Shown here in pieces: positions 16,885 to 25,909 of a stretch of DNA of 31,500 bases. This DNA comes from a virus. Taxonomy: Duplodnaviria > Caudoviricetes. Position 1 is the first letter of the stretch. Every line of letters starts with the position of its first letter. The position numbers were made by a program, and so were the translations under genes. A model generated the notes under the pieces. The model did no database searches and had not been told where the DNA came from. It saw only the letters and a list, made by a program, of their open reading frames with translations. The stretch is from positions 1-31,500 of IMG/VR virus record IMGVR_UViG_3300032320_002325, one strand, 5' to 3'.

Positions 16885-19800
16885 ATGTCGAATACAATTT
16901 TAATTAAACGCTCTGGTACAGCAAACGCCATACCATCCAGCGGCAATTTGGCCTTAGGTGAGTTGGCTATTAACTATACTGACGGTAATTTATTCTACAA
17001 AGACGGTGGCGGAACAGTTCAAACTATTGCCAGCAAACAGTTTGTTTCAGTAACAGGCAATATTACTGGTGGGAATGTTTTAACAAATGGTATTGTTAGT
17101 GCCACTGGTAACGTTACTGGCAATTATATTTTAGGAAATGGTTATTTCTTAACTGGTGTGATTACATCAGTTGCCAACATCAACAACGGAACATCAAATA
17201 TCACAGTGGTAAGCTCTGGCGGCAATATCACTGTGGGTGTAGGCGGCGTAGGTAATGTGGTTGTATTTGCTACAACCGGACAATATACAACCGGCGTTGT
17301 TAGTGCAAGTGGTAACGTTACAGGTGGCAATGTATTAACTGGTGGATTGATTTCTGCAACTGGCAACATCACAGGCGGCAACTTAAATGCCGCAGGATTG
17401 AGCTTGAGCTCAAATGTGGTATCAGCACTAAACTCAACCAGCAACATCACAACTACTGCTAATATTGCTGCCAATTATTTCATTGGTAATGGTAGTCAGT
17501 TAACAGGAGTTACAGCAAGTAGCGTAAACGCCGCTGCCCTAACTGGTAACACACTAAGTTCAAATGTTATTTTCTCAAGTCTAACAACAGTTGGAACATT
17601 GACCAGTTTGAGCGTGAGTGGTAATGTAACTGGTGGCAATTTATTAACTGGTGGATTGATCAGTTCAACTGGAACAATTACAAGTGCAGCCAACGTCGCC
17701 GGTGGCAATATCACTACAGGTGGTCAAGTCAGTGCTACAGGTAACATCACTGGTGGTAACATTAGCACATCAGGGTCAGGCGGCAACATTAGTGGTGCTA
17801 ACGTAATCAGTGGTACTACTCTTTCAGCTACAGCCAACGTAATTGGCGGCAATATCACAACTGCTGGATTAATATCAGCCACATCTACTATTACTTCGGC
17901 GGCTAACATTGCTGGTGGTAATATCACTACAGGTGGTCAAGTCAGTGCTACAGGTAACATCACTGGCGGTAACTTGATCACCACAGGCCAATTGAGCACT
18001 TCTGGCAACTTGGCTGCTAACAATATTAGCGTTACCAATTCACTCACTTCCAGTATAATAAGCGCCAGCGCCAACGTTACTGGTGGTAACTTGTTGACTG
18101 GTGGATTGATCAGCTCTGCTGGCACTATCACTGGCACCACAATCACTGGTTCAACACTGAGTTCAACCGGTAATGTAAACACAGTGGGCATTGTTGGTAC
18201 TGGAAACATATCAACTTCGGGCAATATTTCAGGTGGTAACTTGTTGGCTGCTGGACTGAGTTTAAGTGGTAATGTAATCAGTGCTCTCAATTCAACCAGC
18301 AATATCACAACAACTGCCAATATTACCAGCGGTAGCACATTGGCAACTTACGTGTCGGCCAGTGGCAACGTTGATGGTTCTAATGTCAATGCCGGCACAG
18401 CAGTTCATACTTCAAACATTGTTGCTAAAACCAATGCACTAACACTTGAATCACTCAGCAATGGTAATATCAACTTGTTTCCAAATGGCACTGGTAACAT
18501 TGTTCTTGCCAACACCATTATCAACAACTTGGCCGAACCTTTGCAAAATCAAGATGCAGCAACCAAATACTATGTTGACAATGCAGTAACAACTGGTTTT
18601 GCTTTCCACCAGCCGGTAAAAGCATCCACAAATACTGACCTGGCCACAGCCACAGGTGGTACAATCACCTATTCACAACCAAATGGTGTGGCAAACGGAG
18701 TTGGCGCAACACTCACAACCACTGGATCATTCAACTTAATTGACACGGCCAATATTCAAACAGTTGGTACTCGAGTGTTGGTTAAAGACCAAGCCAATGC
18801 GGTACAAAACGGTATCTATGTCTGGGCAAATGCCACAGCAATTGTTCGTTCGACTGACACAGATCAGTACGGTGCAGACAGTGCAGAATCGTTCAGTATC
18901 AATGACTACTTCTTCACACAAAGCGGTAACGTAAACGCAGGTGTAGCATTTATTGTTAATGCACCAACAGGCACTATTACATTTGGTACTTCAAATATTA
19001 CGTTTGCTGAATTTAGTAGTACACAAGTTTACTCGGCCAATACGTCAGCTGGTATTAGTCTTACTGGCACAGTATTCAGTACCAAAGTTGATAATGATAC
19101 CACAGCCTTCGATGGCGGAGGCAATATCATTGTCAAAGCCAGCGCCAACTTGGTCACACCAAATATTGGTAATGCAACTGGTCAAACTCTAAGTGTAACT
19201 GGCAACCTTTCAGCAGGTAATGTCAGTGCTGGTTCTGCTACTGCCACTGGCAACATAGTTGGTGGTAATATACTCACTGGTGGATTGATTAGTTCTACTG
19301 GCACAATCACTTCATCTGCTAATATAACTGGCGCCAACATATTAACTGGTGGCCTGATCAGTGCTGCTGCTACAGTAACCGCTGGCAATTTGGCCACAGG
19401 TGGTACAGCAAGTGCCGCAGGCAACATCACCGGCGGTAATGTATTAACTGGTGGATTGATCTCAGCAACTGCTACCATAACTGGTGGCAATTTAGCCACA
19501 GGTGGCACAGCAAGTGCCGGTGGCAACATAACTGGTGCAAATCTAATCACAGGTGGGTTGGTAACAGCCGTTGGCAATGTGATTGGCGGTAATTTAATTG
19601 CTGGTGCGTTGACAAAAACTGTTAATTTGAGTATCACCGGTAATGTGATTGGTAATCTGTTGCCCGGCGCCAACGCAACGCAAAGTTTGGGCGGCCCAGG
19701 ACAACTGTGGAAAGATTTGTACCTAGCCGGAACAACTATTTTTATTGGTGATCAAACATTTACATCCAATGCCTCTGGAATTGCCACAGCCAATGACTTT

Positions 19801-20223
19801 GCTGCTAACAATTTAAGTGCTGTTAGCAGTGTAAATGCTGGCACCACAGTGTCAGCGGTAGGCAATGTGATTGGTGGCAACATCAACACCGCAGGCCTGG
19901 CATCGGTTACAGGCAATGTGATTGCTGGTAACATTACCTCAGCAGGCTTGGCTTCTATTACTGGAAACATTACCGGTGGCAATCTACTAACAAGTGGTTT
20001 AATTAGTGCTACTGGTAACATCACTTCAGTGGCCAATATTGCTGGTGGAAATATTTTAGGTGGTTCTGGTATCATTACCACTTCGGGCAACATCACTGGT
20101 GGTAACATATTATTTGGTACTGGTAGAGTAAGTGGTACTGGAAATATATTTGGCGGCAATATTTTCCAAAGTTCAAATCAAGTGTTAGACACAGCGTCTA
20201 CTGTGGATGGCGGACTCTATTAA
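16885..20223 (+). CDS. Long tail-fibre-like protein with Mtd-N-like N-terminus and SATGNITGGN repeats
   Basis: 1112 aa. ILIKRS...P...L..GELAINYTDG.LFYKD N-terminus, DAATKYYVD motif, RVLVKDQ...QNGIY domain, DGGLY end. Confidence 0.8.
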   Translation: MSNTILIKRSGTANAIPSSGNLALGELAINYTDGNLFYKDGGGTVQTIASKQFVSVTGNITGGNVLTNGIVSATGNVTGNYILGNGYFLTGVITSVANINNGTSNITVVSSGGNITVGVGGVGNVVVFATTGQYTTGVVSASGNVTGGNVLTGGLISATGNITGGNLNAAGLSLSSNVVSALNSTSNITTTANIAANYFIGNGSQLTGVTASSVNAAALTGNTLSSNVIFSSLTTVGTLTSLSVSGNVTGGNLLTGGLISSTGTITSAANVAGGNITTGGQVSATGNITGGNISTSGSGGNISGANVISGTTLSATANVIGGNITTAGLISATSTITSAANIAGGNITTGGQVSATGNITGGNLITTGQLSTSGNLAANNISVTNSLTSSIISASANVTGGNLLTGGLISSAGTITGTTITGSTLSSTGNVNTVGIVGTGNISTSGNISGGNLLAAGLSLSGNVISALNSTSNITTTANITSGSTLATYVSASGNVDGSNVNAGTAVHTSNIVAKTNALTLESLSNGNINLFPNGTGNIVLANTIINNLAEPLQNQDAATKYYVDNAVTTGFAFHQPVKASTNTDLATATGGTITYSQPNGVANGVGATLTTTGSFNLIDTANIQTVGTRVLVKDQANAVQNGIYVWANATAIVRSTDTDQYGADSAESFSINDYFFTQSGNVNAGVAFIVNAPTGTITFGTSNITFAEFSSTQVYSANTSAGISLTGTVFSTKVDNDTTAFDGGGNIIVKASANLVTPNIGNATGQTLSVTGNLSAGNVSAGSATATGNIVGGNILTGGLISSTGTITSSANITGANILTGGLISAAATVTAGNLATGGTASAAGNITGGNVLTGGLISATATITGGNLATGGTASAGGNITGANLITGGLVTAVGNVIGGNLIAGALTKTVNLSITGNVIGNLLPGANATQSLGGPGQLWKDLYLAGTTIFIGDQTFTSNASGIATANDFAANNLSAVSSVNAGTTVSAVGNVIGGNINTAGLASVTGNVIAGNITSAGLASITGNITGGNLLTSGLISATGNITSVANIAGGNILGGSGIITTSGNITGGNILFGTGRVSGTGNIFGGNIFQSSNQVLDTASTVDGGLY
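17707..17966 (+). repeat. Exact 47-nt direct repeat within the fibre gene
   Basis: AATATCACTACAGGTGGTCAAGTCAGTGCTACAGGTAACATCACTGG at 17707-17753 and 17920-17966. Confidence 0.85.
18520..19200 (+). repeat. ~0.68-kb module duplicated between two fibre genes (copy 1)
   Basis: Near-identical protein sequence (ATGGTITY.QPNGVANGVGATLTTTGSFNLIDTANIQT.GTRVLVKDQ...) to ~23267-23945; differences are mostly at third codon positions. Confidence 0.85.
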
Positions 20224-20238
20224 TATAGAATATGATCA

Positions 20239-21192
20239 ATGACAAATACAGTACAGCTCAAACGCTCAAGTGTACCTAATTCGGTCCCCAGTGCTGGGAA
20301 TCTGGTTCCTGGCGAGCTGGCTATCAACTATGCTGATGGAAATTTATTTTATAAGAATTCCAGCAATGTAGTCACAGTTATTGCCAGCAATCAGTTTGTG
20401 TCAGTCTCTGGCAACATAACTGCCAATAATGTAAACATCACAGGCAACACATTAGCATTTGCCAATGCTAATATTATTCAAAGTAATCCGTTAGATTTGG
20501 CAATTACCGGCGCCTATCAGATCAGTATAAAACCAGCAGGCGGGTCATATCAATGGACATTTAACAATAATGGCAGTTTGTCTGGGCCAACAGGATTATC
20601 TACCACAGGATATGTCACAGCCACTGGCAATGTCACTGGCGGTAATATTTTTACTGGCGGCAATGCCAATATTGCTGGCAATATCAACATGCCCACAGCA
20701 GACGCCAATATTATATTTGCCAATACTGTTAGCATTAGAAACTACAATAATCGATTCTACGTAAACACTGACACAGACATAAATGGTCGTATAAGTGCTG
20801 TTGGCAACGTAATTGGTAGCAATTTAGTCACTGCTGGTTATGTCACAGCCACTGGCAACGTAACTGGCAATTATTTTATTGGTAATGGATCACAGTTAAC
20901 AGGCATCTCAGCAGGATCGGGCAATGCTATCAGTAATGGAACCAGCAACGTAGCAATTCCTTCATCTAACGGAAATGTGCAAGTTGCTGTGGCTGCTGTG
21001 GCAAATTCGGTTGTGATGGGCACAGGCAGTTTGTTTGTTCAGGGCCCAATTTCAACACCTAAAACTATAAACACTCTAGCCCTTGTGCCAAATGCAGTAA
21101 ATGCTGTGATGATTAGTCCGTTAACTATATCAGCTTCGGGCAACATCTTTGTGCCTGATGATTCTACACTCACAATCTTCACGCCAACATGA
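20239..21192 (+). CDS. Short fibre-like protein with Mtd-N-like N-terminus
   Basis: VQLKRS..P..VP...LVPGELAINYADGNLFYK, paralogous to the N-terminus of the 16885 gene; GN repeats. Confidence 0.75.
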   Translation: MTNTVQLKRSSVPNSVPSAGNLVPGELAINYADGNLFYKNSSNVVTVIASNQFVSVSGNITANNVNITGNTLAFANANIIQSNPLDLAITGAYQISIKPAGGSYQWTFNNNGSLSGPTGLSTTGYVTATGNVTGGNIFTGGNANIAGNINMPTADANIIFANTVSIRNYNNRFYVNTDTDINGRISAVGNVIGSNLVTAGYVTATGNVTGNYFIGNGSQLTGISAGSGNAISNGTSNVAIPSSNGNVQVAVAAVANSVVMGTGSLFVQGPISTPKTINTLALVPNAVNAVMISPLTISASGNIFVPDDSTLTIFTPT

Positions 21193-21195
21193 AGC

Positions 21196-21201
21196 TAAAT
21201 A
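21196..21201 (+). promoter_or_regulatory. Late promoter core TAAATA
   Basis: Intergenic, upstream of a GAGG SD and the ATG at 21221. Confidence 0.5.
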
Positions 21202-21220
21202 TCAAATACGAGGATAAATC

Positions 21221-24200
21221 ATGGCAATTCAACTAGACGGCACAACTGGAATTTCAACAAGTGGCAATATTACTGCTGCTGGTACTCTTACAGTTGGGAC
21301 TTTTGCGCCAAGTGTGTTGAGTACTTCTGGCAATGTAACAGGAGGTAACATCAACACTGCTGGTGCATTAAGTGTTGGCGGAAACTCTGTTATTACTGGT
21401 GATTTAACAGTTGTAGGCAATGCTTCTTTGAGCGGTAACATTATTGGTGACAAAATCACTAACGGAACCACTTCAGTTGAAATCCCAGTTGCAAACGGAA
21501 ACGTTAGTTTTACCATTGGAGGAAGCACAAACGTAGTTGTGGTAACCACAACAGGTGGGTTTGTTACAGGTGTTGTTAGCGCCACAGGAAATATCACAGG
21601 TAGCAATTTAAATGCAGCTGGCCTAAGCCTTAGCTCAAATGTCATAAGTGCTCTTAATTCAACGTCTGCAATTACCACTTCAGCTAACGTATCAGCCAAC
21701 AATTTTAGCGCAACCAATTTTATAAATTCATCAGGAAATATTTCTGGTGCTAATTTAACTGCAAGTGGCGTAATATCAGCCACTGGCAATGCCACTGTTG
21801 GTAACATTTTAACTCCAGGTGTTTTATCTGCATCAGGCAATGTTACTGGTGCTAATATAGCAACTGGTGGACTGATCAGTGCTTTGGCTAATATCACCGG
21901 TGGCAATATATTAACTGGCGGAACTGTAACATCTTCTGGAAACATTACTGCACCAGGAGTTTTAAATACAGCTGGAAATAGTCGAATTCAATTTATTAAT
22001 ACCGGCAACTTATCAGCGAACATTGTTCTTTATCAAGAAGGTGCAAATGGAAATGTAACTGTTAGAGTTGGCGAAAGTGCAACTGAAGGGTTTGGTTTAT
22101 ACTCAAGTGGTGTAATTGGTGCAATTGGTAACCTAACTACAATAGCCAATATTATTGGCAATAACATCAGTTCAACTAATATTATCAGCGCAGCTGGCAA
22201 TATCACTGGCAGTTATTTTCTTGGAAACGGCAGCCAACTGACAGGTATTGACGCCACTTCAATACAAAACGGCACAAGCAATGTACGAGTAGTAAGCTCT
22301 GGTGGCAATGTGGCTATTGGCGTGGGTGGCACATCAAATGTGGCGGTGTATGCTACCACAGGCGAGTATGTAACTGGATTAATCTCAGCAACAGGCAATA
22401 TTATTACAACTGCCAATATATCTGGTGGATATATCTTGGGCAATGGTAGTTTACTAACCGGTATTGATGCTACATCAATACAAAATGGAACATCAAATGT
22501 ACGTGTGGTCAGCTCTGGTGGCAATGTATCCATTGGTGTGGGTGGCACATCAAATGTAGCAGTGTATGCTACCACAGGTGAGTATGTGACTGGATTAATC
22601 TCAGCAACAGGCAATATCACTGGTGGTAATTTGACCACAGCAGGACAAGTTGTTGCTACAGCCAACGTGTCAGGCGGAAATATTCTAACAGGTGGATTGG
22701 TTAGTGCAACCGCTACAATCACAGGTGGCAATTTGGCCACAGGTGGCACAGCAAGTGCCGCAGGCAACATCACTGGCGGTAATGTCTTAACAGGTGGATT
22801 AATCAGTGCTACGAGTACAATAACATCGGCAGCCAATATTACTGGTGGTAATTTGCTAACAGGCGGATTGATATCTGCTACTGGTAACATCACAGGTGGC
22901 AATATATTAGGTGGTGGCCTTGTTAATGCTACATCACTTACAGGAACTACAGTATCAGCAAGTGGAAATGTAACCAGTGGTAATTTGTTAAACAACGGAT
23001 TAATTTCCAGTACTGGAAACAGCACCGCAGCCAACTATTTGACTGGTGGGTTGATATCTGCTACTGGCAATATCACAGGTGGCAACATATTAGGTGGTGG
23101 CCTTGTTAATGCTACATCACTTACAGGAACCACAGTATCAGCAAGTGGCAACATTACTGGCGGCAATGTTAACACTAACAATATAGTTGGCACTGGGTTG
23201 ACTTTGGTGTCAACTGGTAACCTAACACTCAGCACCACAGGCAATATCAATGCCAACAACGAATACATTAACAATGTGCCGCAGCCAGCACAAGATGGCG
23301 ATGCTGTTAACAAACTGTATGTTGACGGATTAGTAACAACTGGATTCTCTTTTCACGCTCCAGTATTTGCTGCCACTACAACTACCCTAGATACTGCCAC
23401 AGGTGGTACAATCACATACACACAACCTAACGGAGTGGCAAACGGAGTTGGTGCAACACTCACAACTACTGGATCGTTTAACTTAATTGACACAGCCAAC
23501 ATTCAGACTATTGGCACACGAGTATTGGTTAAAGATCAAGCCAATGCTGTACAAAATGGTATCTATACCTGGGCAAATGCCACAGCAATTGTTCGTGCAA
23601 CTGACGCAGATGAGTACGGAGCTGATAGCGTAAGTGCATTTGGTCTCAACGACTACTTCTTTGTGCAAAGTGGTAATGTCAATGCTGGCGCAGCGTATAT
23701 TGTTAATGCACCAACAGGCACTATCACATTTGGCACATCAAACATTACATTTGCTGAATTCAGCAAATCACAAGTTTACTCAGCGAACACATCTGCTGGT
23801 ATCAGCCTTAATGGTACTGTAATCAATGCATTGGTTGACAATGTTACCACAGCATTCAGTCTTGGCAATATTGTTGTTAAAACTGGTGCAGTGTTGACCA
23901 CACCAAATATTGGTGCTGCCACTGGTACAAGTCTAAGTGTAACTGGCAATATCAACGGCGGCAATCTTATTGTTACTGGTATTGTTGTTGATAACACAGG
24001 TAATTTGGATCTACAAACCACTGCCACAAATGGTAATATTAATCTTATTACCAATGGCACTGGTAATGTTTATACAGGTGCAAACTTACTGGTAACTGGA
24101 TTGATCAGTGCATCTGGTAACATCACAGGTGGCAACGTGTTAGGTGGCGCCAACGTTAATGCTACTACTCATACAGGAACAACAGTAAGTGTAACGGCCA

Positions 24201-25435
24201 ACATCACCGGCGGTAATATCTTAACCAGTGGATTGATTTCAGCAACTGGCAATATCACAGGTGGCAATGTAATTGTAGGCGGCGGTTCAGGTGGTAACTT
24301 GACAGGCGCCAACGTTATTTCTGCTACTACATTGAGTGCAAGTGCTAACGTAATTGGCGGCAATATCACAACTGCTGGATTAATAAGTGCTACTGGTAAC
24401 ATCACTGGCGGAAACGTATTAGGTGGCGCCAATGTAAACGCCACAACACATACAGGTACTACTGTTTCGGTAACTGCAAACGTCAACGGTGGCAACCTGA
24501 TATCAGCAGCACTGGTGCAAGGTGTCACAGTATCGGCAAGTGGTAACGTCAACACGGTTGGCATCGTTGGTACTGGTAATATTTCCACAACTGGCAATAT
24601 ATTTGGTGGCAACGTTCTTGGCGGTGCTAACGTTAATGCTACAACTCACACAGGTACAAGTGTTTCGATAACTGGCACAGTTACAGCGGCTACAGTCAAT
24701 GCTGCTGCAATTGGTAACACAGGGGCTACCCTAACAGGTACATTACAAACTGCTGCACAAACCAACATCACATCGGTTGGTACATTGACTGGTGGTACCT
24801 GGAATGCGACTAGCATCAGCACCACATATACTGATGCTAAGGTAACTTCAGTTGCCAGCCGCACTGGCGCAGTCACACTGGCACAAGCAGATATTTCGGG
24901 CCTAACAACTGGCAGCACTCCAACATTTGCTGGTTTAACAGTTGGCACAGGATCAATCACCGGCGGTAACATTGTTAACGGTAACGGTAACGGTATTGGT
25001 AACATTGGTAGCTCATCAGTTTACTTTAACACAGTGTTTGGTAAAGCAACTACTGCACAATACGCTGACTTGGCAGAAAACTACGCAGCCGATGCAGAAT
25101 ACACATCGGGTACTGTGCTGGAATTTGGTGGTGCAAATGAAGTTACATTGAGTGTGATTCCTGGTAGTGCAAGAGTTGCAGGGGTTGTGTCAACCAATCC
25201 TGCACATTTGATGAACAGCACTCTTGAATCAGAGTTCGTTGCTGCTGTTGCGTTGACGGGTCGTGTGCCAACATCAGTTGTGGGCACAGTGCGCAAAGGT
25301 GACATGATGGTATCAGCAGGTAACGGTGCTGCTCGTGCATGTGCTACTCCAGCCATTGGCTCTGTGATTGGTAAAGCCCTTGAAAACTTCAACGGCGAGT
25401 CCGGCGTGATTGAGATTGTTGTTGGTAGATTATAA
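21221..25435 (+). CDS. Long tail-fibre-like protein with GN repeats and C-terminal intramolecular chaperone (peptidase G2-like) domain
   Basis: 1404 aa. C-terminus AQYADLAENY...GVVSTNPAHLMN...ALTGRVP...KGDMMVS...IGKAL. Confidence 0.8.
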   Translation: MAIQLDGTTGISTSGNITAAGTLTVGTFAPSVLSTSGNVTGGNINTAGALSVGGNSVITGDLTVVGNASLSGNIIGDKITNGTTSVEIPVANGNVSFTIGGSTNVVVVTTTGGFVTGVVSATGNITGSNLNAAGLSLSSNVISALNSTSAITTSANVSANNFSATNFINSSGNISGANLTASGVISATGNATVGNILTPGVLSASGNVTGANIATGGLISALANITGGNILTGGTVTSSGNITAPGVLNTAGNSRIQFINTGNLSANIVLYQEGANGNVTVRVGESATEGFGLYSSGVIGAIGNLTTIANIIGNNISSTNIISAAGNITGSYFLGNGSQLTGIDATSIQNGTSNVRVVSSGGNVAIGVGGTSNVAVYATTGEYVTGLISATGNIITTANISGGYILGNGSLLTGIDATSIQNGTSNVRVVSSGGNVSIGVGGTSNVAVYATTGEYVTGLISATGNITGGNLTTAGQVVATANVSGGNILTGGLVSATATITGGNLATGGTASAAGNITGGNVLTGGLISATSTITSAANITGGNLLTGGLISATGNITGGNILGGGLVNATSLTGTTVSASGNVTSGNLLNNGLISSTGNSTAANYLTGGLISATGNITGGNILGGGLVNATSLTGTTVSASGNITGGNVNTNNIVGTGLTLVSTGNLTLSTTGNINANNEYINNVPQPAQDGDAVNKLYVDGLVTTGFSFHAPVFAATTTTLDTATGGTITYTQPNGVANGVGATLTTTGSFNLIDTANIQTIGTRVLVKDQANAVQNGIYTWANATAIVRATDADEYGADSVSAFGLNDYFFVQSGNVNAGAAYIVNAPTGTITFGTSNITFAEFSKSQVYSANTSAGISLNGTVINALVDNVTTAFSLGNIVVKTGAVLTTPNIGAATGTSLSVTGNINGGNLIVTGIVVDNTGNLDLQTTATNGNINLITNGTGNVYTGANLLVTGLISASGNITGGNVLGGANVNATTHTGTTVSVTANITGGNILTSGLISATGNITGGNVIVGGGSGGNLTGANVISATTLSASANVIGGNITTAGLISATGNITGGNVLGGANVNATTHTGTTVSVTANVNGGNLISAALVQGVTVSASGNVNTVGIVGTGNISTTGNIFGGNVLGGANVNATTHTGTSVSITGTVTAATVNAAAIGNTGATLTGTLQTAAQTNITSVGTLTGGTWNATSISTTYTDAKVTSVASRTGAVTLAQADISGLTTGSTPTFAGLTVGTGSITGGNIVNGNGNGIGNIGSSSVYFNTVFGKATTAQYADLAENYAADAEYTSGTVLEFGGANEVTLSVIPGSARVAGVVSTNPAHLMNSTLESEFVAAVALTGRVPTSVVGTVRKGDMMVSAGNGAARACATPAIGSVIGKALENFNGESGVIEIVVGRL
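22223..22620 (+). repeat. Tandem intragenic duplication, 216-nt (72-aa) period
   Basis: GNGS.LTGIDATSIQNGTSNVRVVSSGGNV.IGVGGTSNVAVYATTGEYVTGLISATGNI starts at 22223 and again at 22439. Confidence 0.85.
22868..23150 (+). repeat. Intragenic duplication, 183-nt (61-aa) period
   Basis: LISATGNITGGNILGGGLVNATSLTGTTVSASGN starts at 22868 and 23051 with near-identical DNA. Confidence 0.85.
23267..23945 (+). repeat. ~0.68-kb module duplicated between two fibre genes (copy 2)
   Basis: Matches ~18520-19200. Confidence 0.85.
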
Positions 25436-25909
25436 ACTGGCCAACTCTGTGTGTTCCACAGAAGCCAGTTTTTGTTGCACAGCATCAATGTTTACAGTGT
25501 TCCACAAACCAGGATGCATGGGTTTGGGCCATATGCCAGCTTGAATCCATGCATGTCCAATGTGCTCGTCATTCAGCACTGGCACGAATTCCATATCTAG
25601 CACACAAACCCAAGTGTGGTATTCAAACACACCATCTGCTGAAGTGAACTTTTCTAGCGGTACAAGTCTGTGGTATTCTGGAAAATGTCCCAGTTCCTCA
25701 ATGCATTCTCTTTCCATGCCACCTAGCAATGTTTCGCCAGATTCAACTTTGCCACCAGGCAGACCCCAAGTTTCTGGATGCTTGGCATCGTTGCGTAAGA
25801 GATACAGGTAACGGCCTGTACTCCGAGACAAAAACCAAACGCCCACAGCCTTTACAGTACCAAACTCCAGGCTCCGGGTGGGTAGACTCCTTGATAGCTT
25901 TTTATCCAT
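25430..25909 (-). CDS. Nudix hydrolase
   Basis: Nudix box GGKVESGETLLGGMERECIEELG, plus LNDEH..HAW. Start uncertain (ATG 25924, ATG 25909 or GTG 25846). Confidence 0.9.
   Translation of the reverse strand: MDKKLSRSLPTRSLEFGTVKAVGVWFLSRSTGRYLYLLRNDAKHPETWGLPGGKVESGETLLGGMERECIEELGHFPEYHRLVPLEKFTSADGVFEYHTWVCVLDMEFVPVLNDEHIGHAWIQAGIWPKPMHPGLWNTVNIDAVQQKLASVEHTELASL

Noticed and set aside
16885-23945. Possible diversity-generating retroelement (Mtd-like N-termini plus a duplicated segment)
   Set aside because: No reverse transcriptase in the window. Both copies are coding and differ mainly at synonymous positions, not specifically at adenines.
17000-24800. Possible CRISPR array or non-coding tandem repeat
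   Set aside because: The repeats are degenerate, in frame and protein coding, with no constant repeat/unique spacer pattern.
15453-25488. Many antisense ORFs (MLPPV…/ILPPVTLP…) opposite the fibre genes
   Set aside because: Shadow ORFs caused by the Gly/Asn/Thr codon repeats on the sense strand; no SD, promoter or recognisable domain.
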